Part shown: in pieces, positions 55,590-64,000 of the stretch
Position numbering within the stretch: position 1 is the stretch's first letter
How the letters are laid out: every line of letters starts with the position of its first letter
Source: Cytophagales bacterium
GTDB lineage: Bacteria > Bacteroidota > Bacteroidia > Cytophagales > Flexibacteraceae
Assembly (NCBI GenBank): GCA_038205175.1
Contig: JBBRCC010000007.1
Location: 3,810 to 67,809 of the forward strand
Reading direction: 5' to 3'
Length of the DNA: 64,000 bases
The notes under the pieces: generated by a model
The model's input: the letters and a program-made list of their open reading frames with translations, nothing else
What the model was told of the DNA's origin: nothing
Databases searched by the model: none
Translations under genes and position numbers: made by a program

Positions 55590-58500
55590 TTATTGTTTAA
55601 TGATTTTAGCTTTTTCAATTGTATTGCCATTCGTCAACAGGAGCATGTAGACGCCTGCCGGCAGGTTTGTAGTTTGCAAATCCAATTGGCTTTTCGCTGA
55701 AGTGCCTTGTTGAACAACTTGACCAACATGTGTCATCAGTTGCCAGTTGAAATTATTATGGTGGGTGCGAACACTAACATTCCCTTGTGTAGGATTTGGA
55801 AATACCTGTAAACCTTTATCTGCCATATTGTTTTCCTTACCCGTAACCAAATCTACAACAATTGAGTAATCTTCGGCTTGGCCAAAATTCATATTCTGAC
55901 AAGCGTTCAAGGTTGGGAGTTGAATTTGTGGATCTGCTATGATGCGCATGCGTAATGCTGTGTTTTGAAGGGCTGTTTCAGAAATGGTAACTTGTGCACT
56001 TTGATTTTGAACTCCCTGAAAAGCTGCAACCTGTTCATCTTGGTCGAATGTTCCATTTCCATTGAAATCTATAAAGGCTTTTATGTTATGTCTGATATTT
56101 CGAGTGTTAACAGAAAGTGTATACGTTCCTCCTCTGGCTACAAGCCCTCTTGCAGAACATGTAAACTCTTGATAACCGAGATTTGAGCCTCCAGATTGAT
56201 TGTTGATGCCTGCAAAGTTGACATTGAAAATACCTGTGTTTGGATTCGTGGTCTGCAAGGTTGTTGGTGTGCATTGTGCTGGAACAAGACCTAGCGGATT
56301 GATGATGGTAATGAAGTTTTCTCTCACCAGTGTATCTGAACCGAAATTGTTCGTTGTTATCAAGGTTACGGTGTAAGTACCGGCAGTGCTGTAATTGTGA
56401 GTAGGATTTCGTTGGGCCGATGTGTTTCCATCTCCAAAGTTCCATAAATAGGTAATTGGATTGTTCAACGAAGAATCTCTGAAGGCAATCACAGTTTGAC
56501 AGGTTACAGTAACATTTGAACCAAAATAGGTTACTGGTGGTGTGTTTTGGTTTCTGATCACTACCGAGTAGTCCTCAACTTGCCCATTCTCAGGTTGGTA
56601 GCATGGGCCACTTATCGTATTTCTTCCATCTGCAATAAACCGCATTCGAAGCGCAATTCCCTGGACTGCAGTGGCAGGGGGTGTAAACGAAAAGGTCTGA
56701 ACTCCCTGTGCATTGTTGTTGTATATCTGCTCATTGGCCTGAAAGCTTCCATTGTTGTTGTAGTCAATATAAACACGCAAGTTTTCCTGAGTGACTAGTG
56801 AAGTGGTAGCCCGCACCTGATAAAGTGTGCCTTCAATGACAGTGGCTTTGTCTGAGCAGGCAAAGTCTTGATACCCAGCCAATCCGTTTTGCGAACTGTT
56901 GTTCAAATTGGCAAAGGTAACATTGGTAATGCCCCACTGTTGCGGGTTGTTTTGCCTATTCTGCGTTTGGGGCGAACAGCTCGGCGGAAGCAAACCTTGG
57001 CCATCGGTGATGGTGATGAAGTTGGTTCGCACCAATGTATCGCTTCCGAAGTTGTTGGTGGCAATCAATATCACAGTGTACACGCCAGGTGCTGTATAGT
57101 TGTGTGCTGGATTTCTTGCAGCAGACGTGCCGCCATCGCCAAAATTCCAAGACCAGGATGTGGGTACATTGGTTGAAGAATCTGTAAATACAATTCTGGT
57201 ATAACAAGTGATAGGAGTTGCAGAGCCAAATTGAGCCACCGGAGCTGACACATTCTGGTTGATAACAACGCTGTAATCTTCTACCTGACCGGTGAAAGGG
57301 GACACACAAGACCCAATGGCGTTTGCATTTACATCTGATATTACCCTCATTCTTAATGCTGTTCCCTGGAAGGTAGTCAAAGGCAAAGTGACATTGGATG
57401 AATGCAAAAAGTTGTTGTTGCTTTGCAACACCAGCTCACTGTTTTCAAACGTGCCGTTGTAGTTGTAGTCAATCCAGGCTCTTACAGATTCTTGCTGCTG
57501 GTTTCCGGTTCTTACAGTGAGCGTAACAGTACTTCTTTCAATAAGGGTGGCACGTTGCGAGCAGGCAAAATCCTGGTATCCGGCAATTGCACCTACCGAA
57601 GTGTTGTTGATAGAGCCAAAAGTAACATTGAATATTCCTCGGAGTGCTGTTGGGTTTTGGGTTTGTGGAGTGCAAGGTGCAGGTCTCAAGCCATTGCCAG
57701 GCGTGATTGTGATGTAGTTGATTTTTGTCAATGAATCTGATCCGAATGCGTTCGATACCACCAGTTTAACTGTGTAAACACCTGTGTTGGCATAAGTATG
57801 AACAGGATTTTGGAGCGGAGAAACATTGCCATCACCAAAAGACCATAGCCATGAAGTCGGGCTGAAAATGGTGGAATCTGAGAAAGATATGGTAGACAAA
57901 CAGGTGTTGGTTGTGCTTGCGCCAAATGCCACCAAAGGAGGTCGGGTTGTTGCGGCAACAATCACAGATAAATCTACCACCTGCCCAAAATTAGGTTGGG
58001 TGCATGGCTGCAAATTCGGGTTGTTGAAATCGGTCGAAACCCGCATTCTGAGTGCTAAATTTGATACAGCAGTGCCAGGTACCGTGAAAGAAACTAAATG
58101 GTTTCTGCCTACATTCACAGACGTTAATATCAATTCACTTTCTTCAAAAATTCCGCTGTAGTTGTAGTCAATCCAAACCCGTACATTTTGTGGTGTGTTT
58201 GTTCCGGTAGTTATAGCCAGAGTATAGCGGTTGCCTTGTTCTAAGTTGGCACGTTGGCCGCAACTTACATCGGTGTAGTCAAACGTGTTTGTAGCAAAAT
58301 CTAAGTTTGCCAATTCCACCCTGCGGATGTTGATCTGGAATTGTGGATTTGGATTTTGAGTTTGCGGCGAGCATGAAGCTGCCAGTAAACCCTGTCCATT
58401 TATAATGGTAATCAGGTTGGTTCTCTCCAAAGAATCAACCCCTGAAGGATTGGAAACTTTTAATTTGACAGTGAAGGTTCCAGTAGTTAGGTAAGTATGG

Positions 58501-61283
58501 GTAGGGTTTTGTTGCGTAGAAGTATTGCCATCGCCAAAAGACCAAAGCCAGCTTGTCGGGCTGTAAAAAGTAGAATCAACAAAAGATATGGTGGACACAC
58601 AAGCAGTAGCCTGAATAAACCCGAAATTAGCCTGCGGAGCCCGGTTCGGATTTACCAATAAAACCTGATAATCTTCTGCCTGCCCAAGCTGGAGATTGGC
58701 ACATGGATTGGGATTTGTTTCCAGGTTATTGTCAGAAATGATGCGCATTCTGAGTCCAACTCCAGTTACTGCAGAACCAGGGATTGATACCAACGATGTG
58801 AATACATTCCTGGTGTTGTTTGCTGAGGCCACCAACTCATTTGCTTCAAAAGTGCCTGAGTTGTTAAAGTCTATCCATGCCCTGATGCTTTCAAAGTTAT
58901 TGGCACTTACAGTTACCGTAAGCGTGTAAGCCGTGTCAATTTTGAGAGCTGGAGCAGAAAAGTTGCAGGTGAAATCCTGATATCCGGCAGATGCATTGGC
59001 AGAGGGGTTGTTTAAAGTGCCTAGCTGAACCCGGGTAATTCCAAAATTACAACAGAAATTTGTGGTAAGTGGTTTGCAAGCTATTGGTTTTAAGCCTGTT
59101 ATCTGTGTTACATTGATCAGGTTGGTTCTTGTGAGCGAATCAGCGCCAAAACCATTTATTACTTTTAGGCTGATGGTGTAAGTTCCCGTCGTGGAGTAGG
59201 TGTGCGATGGGTTCTGCAAAGTTGATGTGGTGCCATCGCCAAAATTCCACAAATAACTGCTGGGCGAATTGAGAGATGTGCTGGTAAAGTTGATAAAGCC
59301 TGTGCAGCTCAGTGTGTCACTTACTGTAAACCGGGCAACAGGAGGGAAAACGTTTTCCAAAATGATAACTCCATAATCTTCAGCCTGCCCGAATTCAATA
59401 TTGCCACAAGGAGTTATTTCGACGCCACCTTGTTGTGCTCTCGACGCTACCCGTATCCTTAGCGCCCGGTTGAAAACCGAATTCGAAGGAACAATAAATG
59501 AAACTGTGTGTGTTCGCAGAGCAGTTGATAATAAAATACGTTCATTGAGGGAAAACGCACCATCGTTGTTGAAGTCGATCCAAGCAGCAGCAATTTCAGG
59601 ATTCGACTGGTTGGTGGTTACTGTTAAGGTATAGTTGTTTCCGGACAATAGCGTAGTTTGGGCCACACAAGTAAAGTCTTGGTATCCTTCAGCAGCAGAG
59701 GCACTGGAGTTGTTGATGTTGGCCAGGCTAACATTAAAAATACCAAAAGTTGGAAACGGTCGCACAGAAGTAATGGCACAAGCAGCTACAGGGGCCTGTA
59801 AAAATTGGGCAGTGCCAGTTATAGTTACAGAGTCAACGCCAAACAAACCTATTACTTTCAATTTCACATCGAAAACGCCAGTTTGAGTGTAAGCATAGGT
59901 GATTGAAGGCGAAGACGTTGTATCAGAATTTCCGTCGCCATAAAACCAAATATATTGGGTAATGATGTTTTGTGAGGTGCTTACAAATGTTTTAGAAGAA
60001 TCGCAAGCCGAATTTGTGTTTACCACAAACGATGCGATGGGAGGAAGTGTGTTTTCCCTTATTACCAAGCTATAATCTTCAACCTGGCCTCGTGTTGGGT
60101 TGGTGCATGGCCCAAAAGGATTGCCAGCAAAATCGGAAATGACTCTTATCCTCAATGGCTGATTTAAAGTTACACCTGTTGAAGGGATTTGAATAGTTCC
60201 TGTTGGGTTTATGGCGTTGAGCGCCTCAAAAGCAAGTTCATCTGCCGAGAAAATTCCATTGCTGTTGTAATCTATCCAGATGCGGGTATCTTGCTCGAGG
60301 GTAGGGTTTGTACTCACGCTCATTGGGTAGCGAACGGCCAGTACGCCAAAGCCTCGTTGGGTACAAGTGAAATTTTGGTAGCTGCCTACGGCGCTGTTGT
60401 TGTTGATGCCAGCAAAAGTGAAATTGGTGATACCATATCCGCAGCATTGCTCAACCGTCACCGGATTGCAACTAGCTACCACAGGCACTGTATCGTTGTA
60501 GTTGATATAATTGATTCTGGTCAACGAGTCAGCACCGAAAATATTTTCAACTTTTAGTTTTACTGTGTATCGACCACCCACGGTGTATTGGTGGGTTGGA
60601 TTAGTCTCAATCGAAAATTGACCATCTCCAAAACTCCAAAGCCAGCTATCAGGCCCATTGATAGATTGATCTGTGAAGCGAACGCTCCCTGTACATGAAA
60701 TGGTGTCGGGAGAAGTGAAACGAGCTTGAGGCGGAAGTGCATTTACACCGGCAGAAATGCTGTAGTCTTCAACCTGAGAAAATTCTGGAGTAGAACAAGG
60801 TGTTGGAACAGCCGATGAAAAACCATCTGCTGATATCCTCATTCTCAAAGGTAGGTTTTGAACAGCATTAGAAGGAATAGTAAAATTGCCAGCGTGTAGC
60901 TGAAGATTGTTTGAAGTGAAAACCAACTCAGTAGTGGCATTGAACACGCCATCGTTGTTGTAATCGATCCAAATTCTTACATTTTCGTTTAATGAATTGC
61001 CTGTTCGCACAGATATCGACACTGGCTGGTTGATGGTGAGTGCTTGTGTGCCCAGGCTGCAATAATTTTGGTAGCCATCTGGACTTCCGGCTGTCACATT
61101 GTCTATTCCTGCAAAGGATACCCGATAAATGCCGCCTCCAAAAGCGGGTGCAAGCGGGTTAGAAGCACCTCCAGGTGTGCAGGAAGCATTGATAGGACAT
61201 TGAGAAAAACTGGTCTGAGGTAGTGAAAAGAAGGAAATAGCCAACAACAAAGAGGCAATAATCCAATGAGATTTAGCGTGCAT
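55590..61283 (-). CDS. ~1897-aa surface protein: 8 GEVED-like modules alternating with 7 PKD domains, T9SS type-A CTD
   Basis: Signal peptide MHAKSHWIIASLLLAISFFSLPQTSFSQ begins at ATG 61283. The track ORF extends to 61475, but that extension contains a -7 box and lacks a signal peptide. CTD LQVFPNPTQGNVSV...GVYMLLL...KIIKQ. Confidence 0.85.
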   Translation of the reverse strand: MHAKSHWIIASLLLAISFFSLPQTSFSQCPINASCTPGGASNPLAPAFGGGIYRVSFAGIDNVTAGSPDGYQNYCSLGTQALTINQPVSISVRTGNSLNENVRIWIDYNNDGVFNATTELVFTSNNLQLHAGNFTIPSNAVQNLPLRMRISADGFSSAVPTPCSTPEFSQVEDYSISAGVNALPPQARFTSPDTISCTGSVRFTDQSINGPDSWLWSFGDGQFSIETNPTHQYTVGGRYTVKLKVENIFGADSLTRINYINYNDTVPVVASCNPVTVEQCCGYGITNFTFAGINNNSAVGSYQNFTCTQRGFGVLAVRYPMSVSTNPTLEQDTRIWIDYNSNGIFSADELAFEALNAINPTGTIQIPSTGVTLNQPLRIRVISDFAGNPFGPCTNPTRGQVEDYSLVIRENTLPPIASFVVNTNSACDSSKTFVSTSQNIITQYIWFYGDGNSDTTSSPSITYAYTQTGVFDVKLKVIGLFGVDSVTITGTAQFLQAPVAACAITSVRPFPTFGIFNVSLANINNSSASAAEGYQDFTCVAQTTLLSGNNYTLTVTTNQSNPEIAAAWIDFNNDGAFSLNERILLSTALRTHTVSFIVPSNSVFNRALRIRVASRAQQGGVEITPCGNIEFGQAEDYGVIILENVFPPVARFTVSDTLSCTGFINFTSTSLNSPSSYLWNFGDGTTSTLQNPSHTYSTTGTYTISLKVINGFGADSLTRTNLINVTQITGLKPIACKPLTTNFCCNFGITRVQLGTLNNPSANASAGYQDFTCNFSAPALKIDTAYTLTVTVSANNFESIRAWIDFNNSGTFEANELVASANNTRNVFTSLVSIPGSAVTGVGLRMRIISDNNLETNPNPCANLQLGQAEDYQVLLVNPNRAPQANFGFIQATACVSTISFVDSTFYSPTSWLWSFGDGNTSTQQNPTHTYLTTGTFTVKLKVSNPSGVDSLERTNLITIINGQGLLAASCSPQTQNPNPQFQINIRRVELANLDFATNTFDYTDVSCGQRANLEQGNRYTLAITTGTNTPQNVRVWIDYNYSGIFEESELILTSVNVGRNHLVSFTVPGTAVSNLALRMRVSTDFNNPNLQPCTQPNFGQVVDLSVIVAATTRPPLVAFGASTTNTCLSTISFSDSTIFSPTSWLWSFGDGNVSPLQNPVHTYANTGVYTVKLVVSNAFGSDSLTKINYITITPGNGLRPAPCTPQTQNPTALRGIFNVTFGSINNTSVGAIAGYQDFACSQRATLIERSTVTLTVRTGNQQQESVRAWIDYNYNGTFENSELVLQSNNNFLHSSNVTLPLTTFQGTALRMRVISDVNANAIGSCVSPFTGQVEDYSVVINQNVSAPVAQFGSATPITCYTRIVFTDSSTNVPTSWSWNFGDGGTSAARNPAHNYTAPGVYTVILIATNNFGSDTLVRTNFITITDGQGLLPPSCSPQTQNRQNNPQQWGITNVTFANLNNSSQNGLAGYQDFACSDKATVIEGTLYQVRATTSLVTQENLRVYIDYNNNGSFQANEQIYNNNAQGVQTFSFTPPATAVQGIALRMRFIADGRNTISGPCYQPENGQVEDYSVVIRNQNTPPVTYFGSNVTVTCQTVIAFRDSSLNNPITYLWNFGDGNTSAQRNPTHNYSTAGTYTVTLITTNNFGSDTLVRENFITIINPLGLVPAQCTPTTLQTTNPNTGIFNVNFAGINNQSGGSNLGYQEFTCSARGLVARGGTYTLSVNTRNIRHNIKAFIDFNGNGTFDQDEQVAAFQGVQNQSAQVTISETALQNTALRMRIIADPQIQLPTLNACQNMNFGQAEDYSIVVDLVTGKENNMADKGLQVFPNPTQGNVSVRTHHNNFNWQLMTHVGQVVQQGTSAKSQLDLQTTNLPAGVYMLLLTNGNTIEKAKIIKQ
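55860..61200 (-). repeat. Coding tandem array, period ~700 bp (GEVED-like + PKD), about 7.5 copies
   Basis: The PKD W[LS]W[SN]FGDG motifs recur near 56440, 57150, 57845, 58545, 59250, 59945 and 60640. G-Q-[VA]-E-D-Y ends each of the 8 other modules. Confidence 0.75.
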
Positions 61284-61324
61284 GGATGGGTAGAGGTGGC
61301 GTAGGTAGCGTCTTAATTCGATGT

Positions 61325-61332
61325 CAAAAATA
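61325..61332 (-). promoter_or_regulatory. Candidate -7 box (TATTTTTG) for the GEVED/PKD giant gene
   Basis: TAnnTTTG on the minus strand, 41 nt upstream of ATG 61283. Confidence 0.35.
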
Positions 61333-61753
61333 GTGTAAAATGGTTTATAAACTTTCATATACACCTTTGTTGTAGAATAAGACATTTGATTTGAACTAAG
61401 TTTTGCTTTGGCAAAGACAACAGCACAAGGCAAAGGGTTGCAGTATTTGAAAAATAAATGTGGAGGAAAAGGCAATAGAAATGATGAGCTATCAGGTTGA
61501 AATTTTACCTGGTTGGGTAAGGAGGCTCTTTATATGATTAAAATTCCAACTGAAGATTTTTCGAGGGATGGAATTTATTGTATTTTGGGTCAGAAGCTTG
61601 GTGTTTGCAGAAACGTATTGGGATTCTTACATGAGTGTTTGAAAGGCCATGCCATTATCTCGAAGGGTTAAGCTAATCCACGAAATAGTCTTTGCCATTT
61701 TTCGTCGCCTTTAAACCATTTCCAGACCTTTTTCACCCACCAGGTTCTTAAAA

Positions 61754-62470
61754 TCACGAAGTTTGGTTCAGCAAATGCGCAACATTTTTACCGTCCCAAA
61801 TTCCTTCAAACCTGTAAGGTATAAAACGAGCAAACATTTCTTCCTGATACCAGTCCAGTTTTCTGGTTAGTAAAACAACCTCTTTGTGATTTGGATTTTT
61901 GTAGGCATAGTCAAGCATTTCAGCCTGTGTTTGCCAAATGCTTATGGTGGCTTGTTGAATTAATGGCCACTCGCCAACGCCAATAGAGAACGAAAGACCA
62001 TCGTATTTTTCTAAACTTTGGCTCACCTTACCTACTTTGCTCCAAAAAGACCATAATTTCTTTATCCGAATTCTTGCCCGTGTCAATACTAAAACAGGCT
62101 TGTCCAGAGCTAATTTTGTGTTTTTTAAAAACGGTTGAATTCCGTCCCAACTGCCATGCGATTCAGCAGAATTCAGATAGACAGTAAACTGCTCTGTACT
62201 TCTTTTTTGATACGCTTTAAAAAATGGGTTTTCTTTAAAAAAATCGAAAGTGCTTGCTTCCGACTCCCAAACACAAAAAAGGACATAGGTTCCGAAATTT
62301 GGTATAGCACTGAAACCATTTTTAGCGCCTGAGCCTAATATCTTATAAAAAGTTAACCCACTGACAGATTTTAATGCTTGGAGGCCTATTTGCATTTGCT
62401 TGAAAGCCCACCATTTGTTAGCAAGACTTTCAACCTTAAAAAATGTACATGTAGTTATCTGATTCATCAT
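61754..62470 (-). CDS. CrtA-like protein (spheroidene monooxygenase / carotenoid 2-hydroxylase family), tentative
   Basis: 238 aa, the same length class as CrtA. The N-terminal pattern T..FFK......WWAF.QM......L....GL.FYKILGSG...GF...PN...Y.....WES resembles my memory of CrtA. Not verified by search. Confidence 0.4.
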   Translation of the reverse strand: MMNQITTCTFFKVESLANKWWAFKQMQIGLQALKSVSGLTFYKILGSGAKNGFSAIPNFGTYVLFCVWESEASTFDFFKENPFFKAYQKRSTEQFTVYLNSAESHGSWDGIQPFLKNTKLALDKPVLVLTRARIRIKKLWSFWSKVGKVSQSLEKYDGLSFSIGVGEWPLIQQATISIWQTQAEMLDYAYKNPNHKEVVLLTRKLDWYQEEMFARFIPYRFEGIWDGKNVAHLLNQTS

Positions 62471-62512
62471 TTCGAAAAGGTTTTAGGGGCCTAATATTTT
62501 AAAAGCAAATAC

Positions 62513-63445
62513 TTACTTTTTTTCAATCACTACCAATTGTATGCCCATTGGAAAAACTGTTTCGAAAAGAAAGAAAGGAAAGCTTACTATTTTCAAAAAC
62601 ACCAATGGCCAAAACTCTTTTTCCATCGAAGAACCCCAGTTTATTTGCTTTTGTTCCATTCTGCCAAGCCACCACAGTGTAAATGCATCCATGGTGCCAT
62701 ACCTGAGATGTTTGGTTATTTTCCATTTATCGCTGGTAAATAAGGCATGAAAACCTTTTTCAGAAAAAAGTGTGAGGTGTCTTGGACTGTGCCAACCTTG
62801 CCAAAATTGTTTTTGTGCGTTGGCGCTTATGCTTTTGTAGTCTGGCACTTCTACAATGAGCTTGCCTCCGGGTTTCAAGCATTTGTACAGCTTTTCTATT
62901 GTTTCGTGCGAACGATAATCATGTTCAAGGTAATGCCAAAGCGTAATTACATCGAAAAAATGGGTGGGTTCAAACGCATCAAGGGTTGTTTTTATGAGGA
63001 CTATTTTATCGAAAGAGCCATTTTTCCAACCATTGTCGGAAAAATCGATACCCGTACATGTTGCGTGTAATTTTTGCTGAACCAAAACCAGAAAGCTAGG
63101 ATTCCCGCAACCCACGTCCAGCATGCTGAAATCCGTTTTGCCTTTTGTTTCATTAGCCACAATATGAACCCTTTTTGCGTCTAATTTTCTTTGGCTATTT
63201 TCAACAAAAGAGCTGAATTTACCCCACGCTGCCGACCCTTGATATGGCAGGTAACTATCTGTATAATAGTTATTTAATTCAGATTCTTTTACACTATTTG
63301 TTAAAAAAACAGATTCACAGGTTAAGCACTTGCTAAACATATAGCGTTCTTCATTTTGCTTATGCATCAAGGCACGGGTAGCCATAAAGTGCGAATGATT
63401 GTTGCTTTTGCAAACAGGGCAACAGACAGATTGAGCTTGATTCAA
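62513..63445 (-). CDS. Class I SAM-dependent methyltransferase with N-terminal Cys4 zinc-ribbon
   Basis: CPVCKS...CLTCES ribbon and SAM motif I LDVGCGNPSF. Apparent TTG start, which is required to include the first CxxC. Confidence 0.7.
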   Translation of the reverse strand: MNQAQSVCCPVCKSNNHSHFMATRALMHKQNEERYMFSKCLTCESVFLTNSVKESELNNYYTDSYLPYQGSAAWGKFSSFVENSQRKLDAKRVHIVANETKGKTDFSMLDVGCGNPSFLVLVQQKLHATCTGIDFSDNGWKNGSFDKIVLIKTTLDAFEPTHFFDVITLWHYLEHDYRSHETIEKLYKCLKPGGKLIVEVPDYKSISANAQKQFWQGWHSPRHLTLFSEKGFHALFTSDKWKITKHLRYGTMDAFTLWWLGRMEQKQINWGSSMEKEFWPLVFLKIVSFPFFLFETVFPMGIQLVVIEKK

Positions 63446-63528
63446 AATTTAGAAATGTAATTGCTTAAAGTGAAGCTGACCTTGAATACCCAAAAGCCAC
63501 GAAAGGTAGCTTGCATCTATTCATTTGC

Positions 63529-63705
63529 TCAGAATAATTTTGTTGGCACGATAAAATGTTCCATAAAATGGCGGTATTCGTTTAGCTTATGCTTAACAAC
63601 GGCTTCACCAAGAAAGTTCGGAATAGTCTTTTTCCTTGATTGGGTTAAAAACAAGTCTTTCGATTTTGGTGAGACAGTCAGGAAAGATGGTATAGCTATA
63701 TTCAT
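63529..63705 (-). CDS. Possible 58-aa small protein between the photolyase and methyltransferase genes
   Basis: An ATG ORF (TTG alternative at 63714) fills most of the 285-nt gap in the same orientation as its neighbours. No family recognised. Confidence 0.25.
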   Translation of the reverse strand: MNIAIPSFLTVSPKSKDLFLTQSRKKTIPNFLGEAVVKHKLNEYRHFMEHFIVPTKLF

Positions 63706-63730
63706 ACCCTGCAAATGGATGTTGGGATTT

Positions 63731-64000
63731 TTAGTCTGTCGCCTGGTTTCTTTCTAACCTGAATGCTGCTGAGGGGTTCACATGCTTTTTCAATATTCTG
63801 CTTCCTTCTGTTCGCACAGCTTTAGTCTTTCTGAAACTCCAAACCACATCGCTGGCTACCTTTCGGGTGGCCTCAATATCTACAATAGGCTTTGGGTATT
63901 CTTTGCCTACAACGACGTTGTAAAGATTTTGTTCCAACACAGTCATTTTCCAGGGTTCATGTATGAATTCTACTGGAATATCTTTTAATTCAGGAATCCA
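63731..64000 (-). CDS. Photolyase/cryptochrome family protein, C-terminal fragment (5' end lies beyond the window)
   Basis: The frame is open to the window edge. WIPELKDIPVEFIHEPW followed by GKEYPKPIVD is the conserved FAD-binding-7 C-terminal signature. Confidence 0.75.
   Translation of the reverse strand, partial: WIPELKDIPVEFIHEPWKMTVLEQNLYNVVVGKEYPKPIVDIEATRKVASDVVWSFRKTKAVRTEGSRILKKHVNPSAAFRLERNQATD

Noticed and set aside
55965-60742. Numerous 60-122-aa ORFs on both strands within 55.9-60.8 kb (for example 56107..56445, 56956..57309, 57402..57734, 57826..58161, 60189..60557).
   Set aside because: They are alternative-frame or antisense products of the 700-bp coding repeat and recur with the repeat period. 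This is as expected for shadows and does not indicate independent genes.
51225-61200. Possibility that the periodic repeats are a CRISPR array or non-coding satellite.
   Set aside because: The repeats are 258 and ~700 bp long, are diverged, and lie in-frame within long ORFs with conserved protein motifs. There is no short identical direct repeat/spacer structure and there are no cas genes.
61284-61475. 64-codon N-terminal extension of the GEVED/PKD ORF as given in the ORF track (start 61475).
   Set aside because: The extension has no signal peptide and contains the TATTTTTG -7 box (61325-61332). ATG 61283 is followed by a canonical signal peptide, which T9SS cargo requires.
61668-61757. Trp-rich micro-ORF as a trp-type attenuation leader.
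   Set aside because: No tryptophan biosynthesis genes or alternative terminator/antiterminator hairpins follow it; the downstream gene is an adhesin. It is kept only as a low-interest micro-ORF observation.
63461-63757. 98-aa + strand ORF in the gap between the methyltransferase and the photolyase.
   Set aside because: It overlaps the photolyase 3' end and is antisense to the co-oriented small ORF. Its orientation conflicts with the surrounding minus-strand string, and its translation has no recognisable features.

Overview
This 64-kb segment looks like a Bacteroidota chromosome. The evidence is type-A and type-B T9SS C-terminal sorting domains, TAnnTTTG -7 boxes upstream of several genes, a tig-clpP-clpX string and an etfB-etfA-bifunctional nuclease string. 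About half is ordinary housekeeping: paaCD, an ABC-F ATPase, a cation/proton antiporter, trpS, mazG, thiL, pyrH, frr, a polyprenyl synthase, tRNA-Leu(TAG), an RsmB/F-like methyltransferase, a CoA-transferase and a split 5'-nucleotidase. The other ~46% (29.2 kb) encodes six predicted T9SS cargo proteins. Four of these are giant (1325, 2972, 2097 and 1961 aa) and built from internally repeated modules. I saw no rRNA, CRISPR array, transposase, integrase or recognisable defence, toxin-antitoxin or phage genes. The best candidates for something undescribed are listed here. (1) A 12-kb two-gene locus at 49.3-61.3 kb pairs a GEVED-like/PKD repeat giant carrying a type-A CTD with a type-B-CTD giant, and no PorP/SprF-like partner is adjacent. 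(2) The 2972-aa mosaic protein shares uncharacterised modules with the 1325-aa protein. (3) A 1.26-kb ORF-free region lies upstream of the 2972-aa gene. (4) A DUF1573 / beta-barrel / Cys-rich lipoprotein triad sits at 11.6-14.6 kb. (5) A photolyase - small ORF - methyltransferase - CrtA-like string sits at the right edge. All family assignments come from motif recognition by eye, with no database search, and domain coordinates inside the giant genes are approximate.
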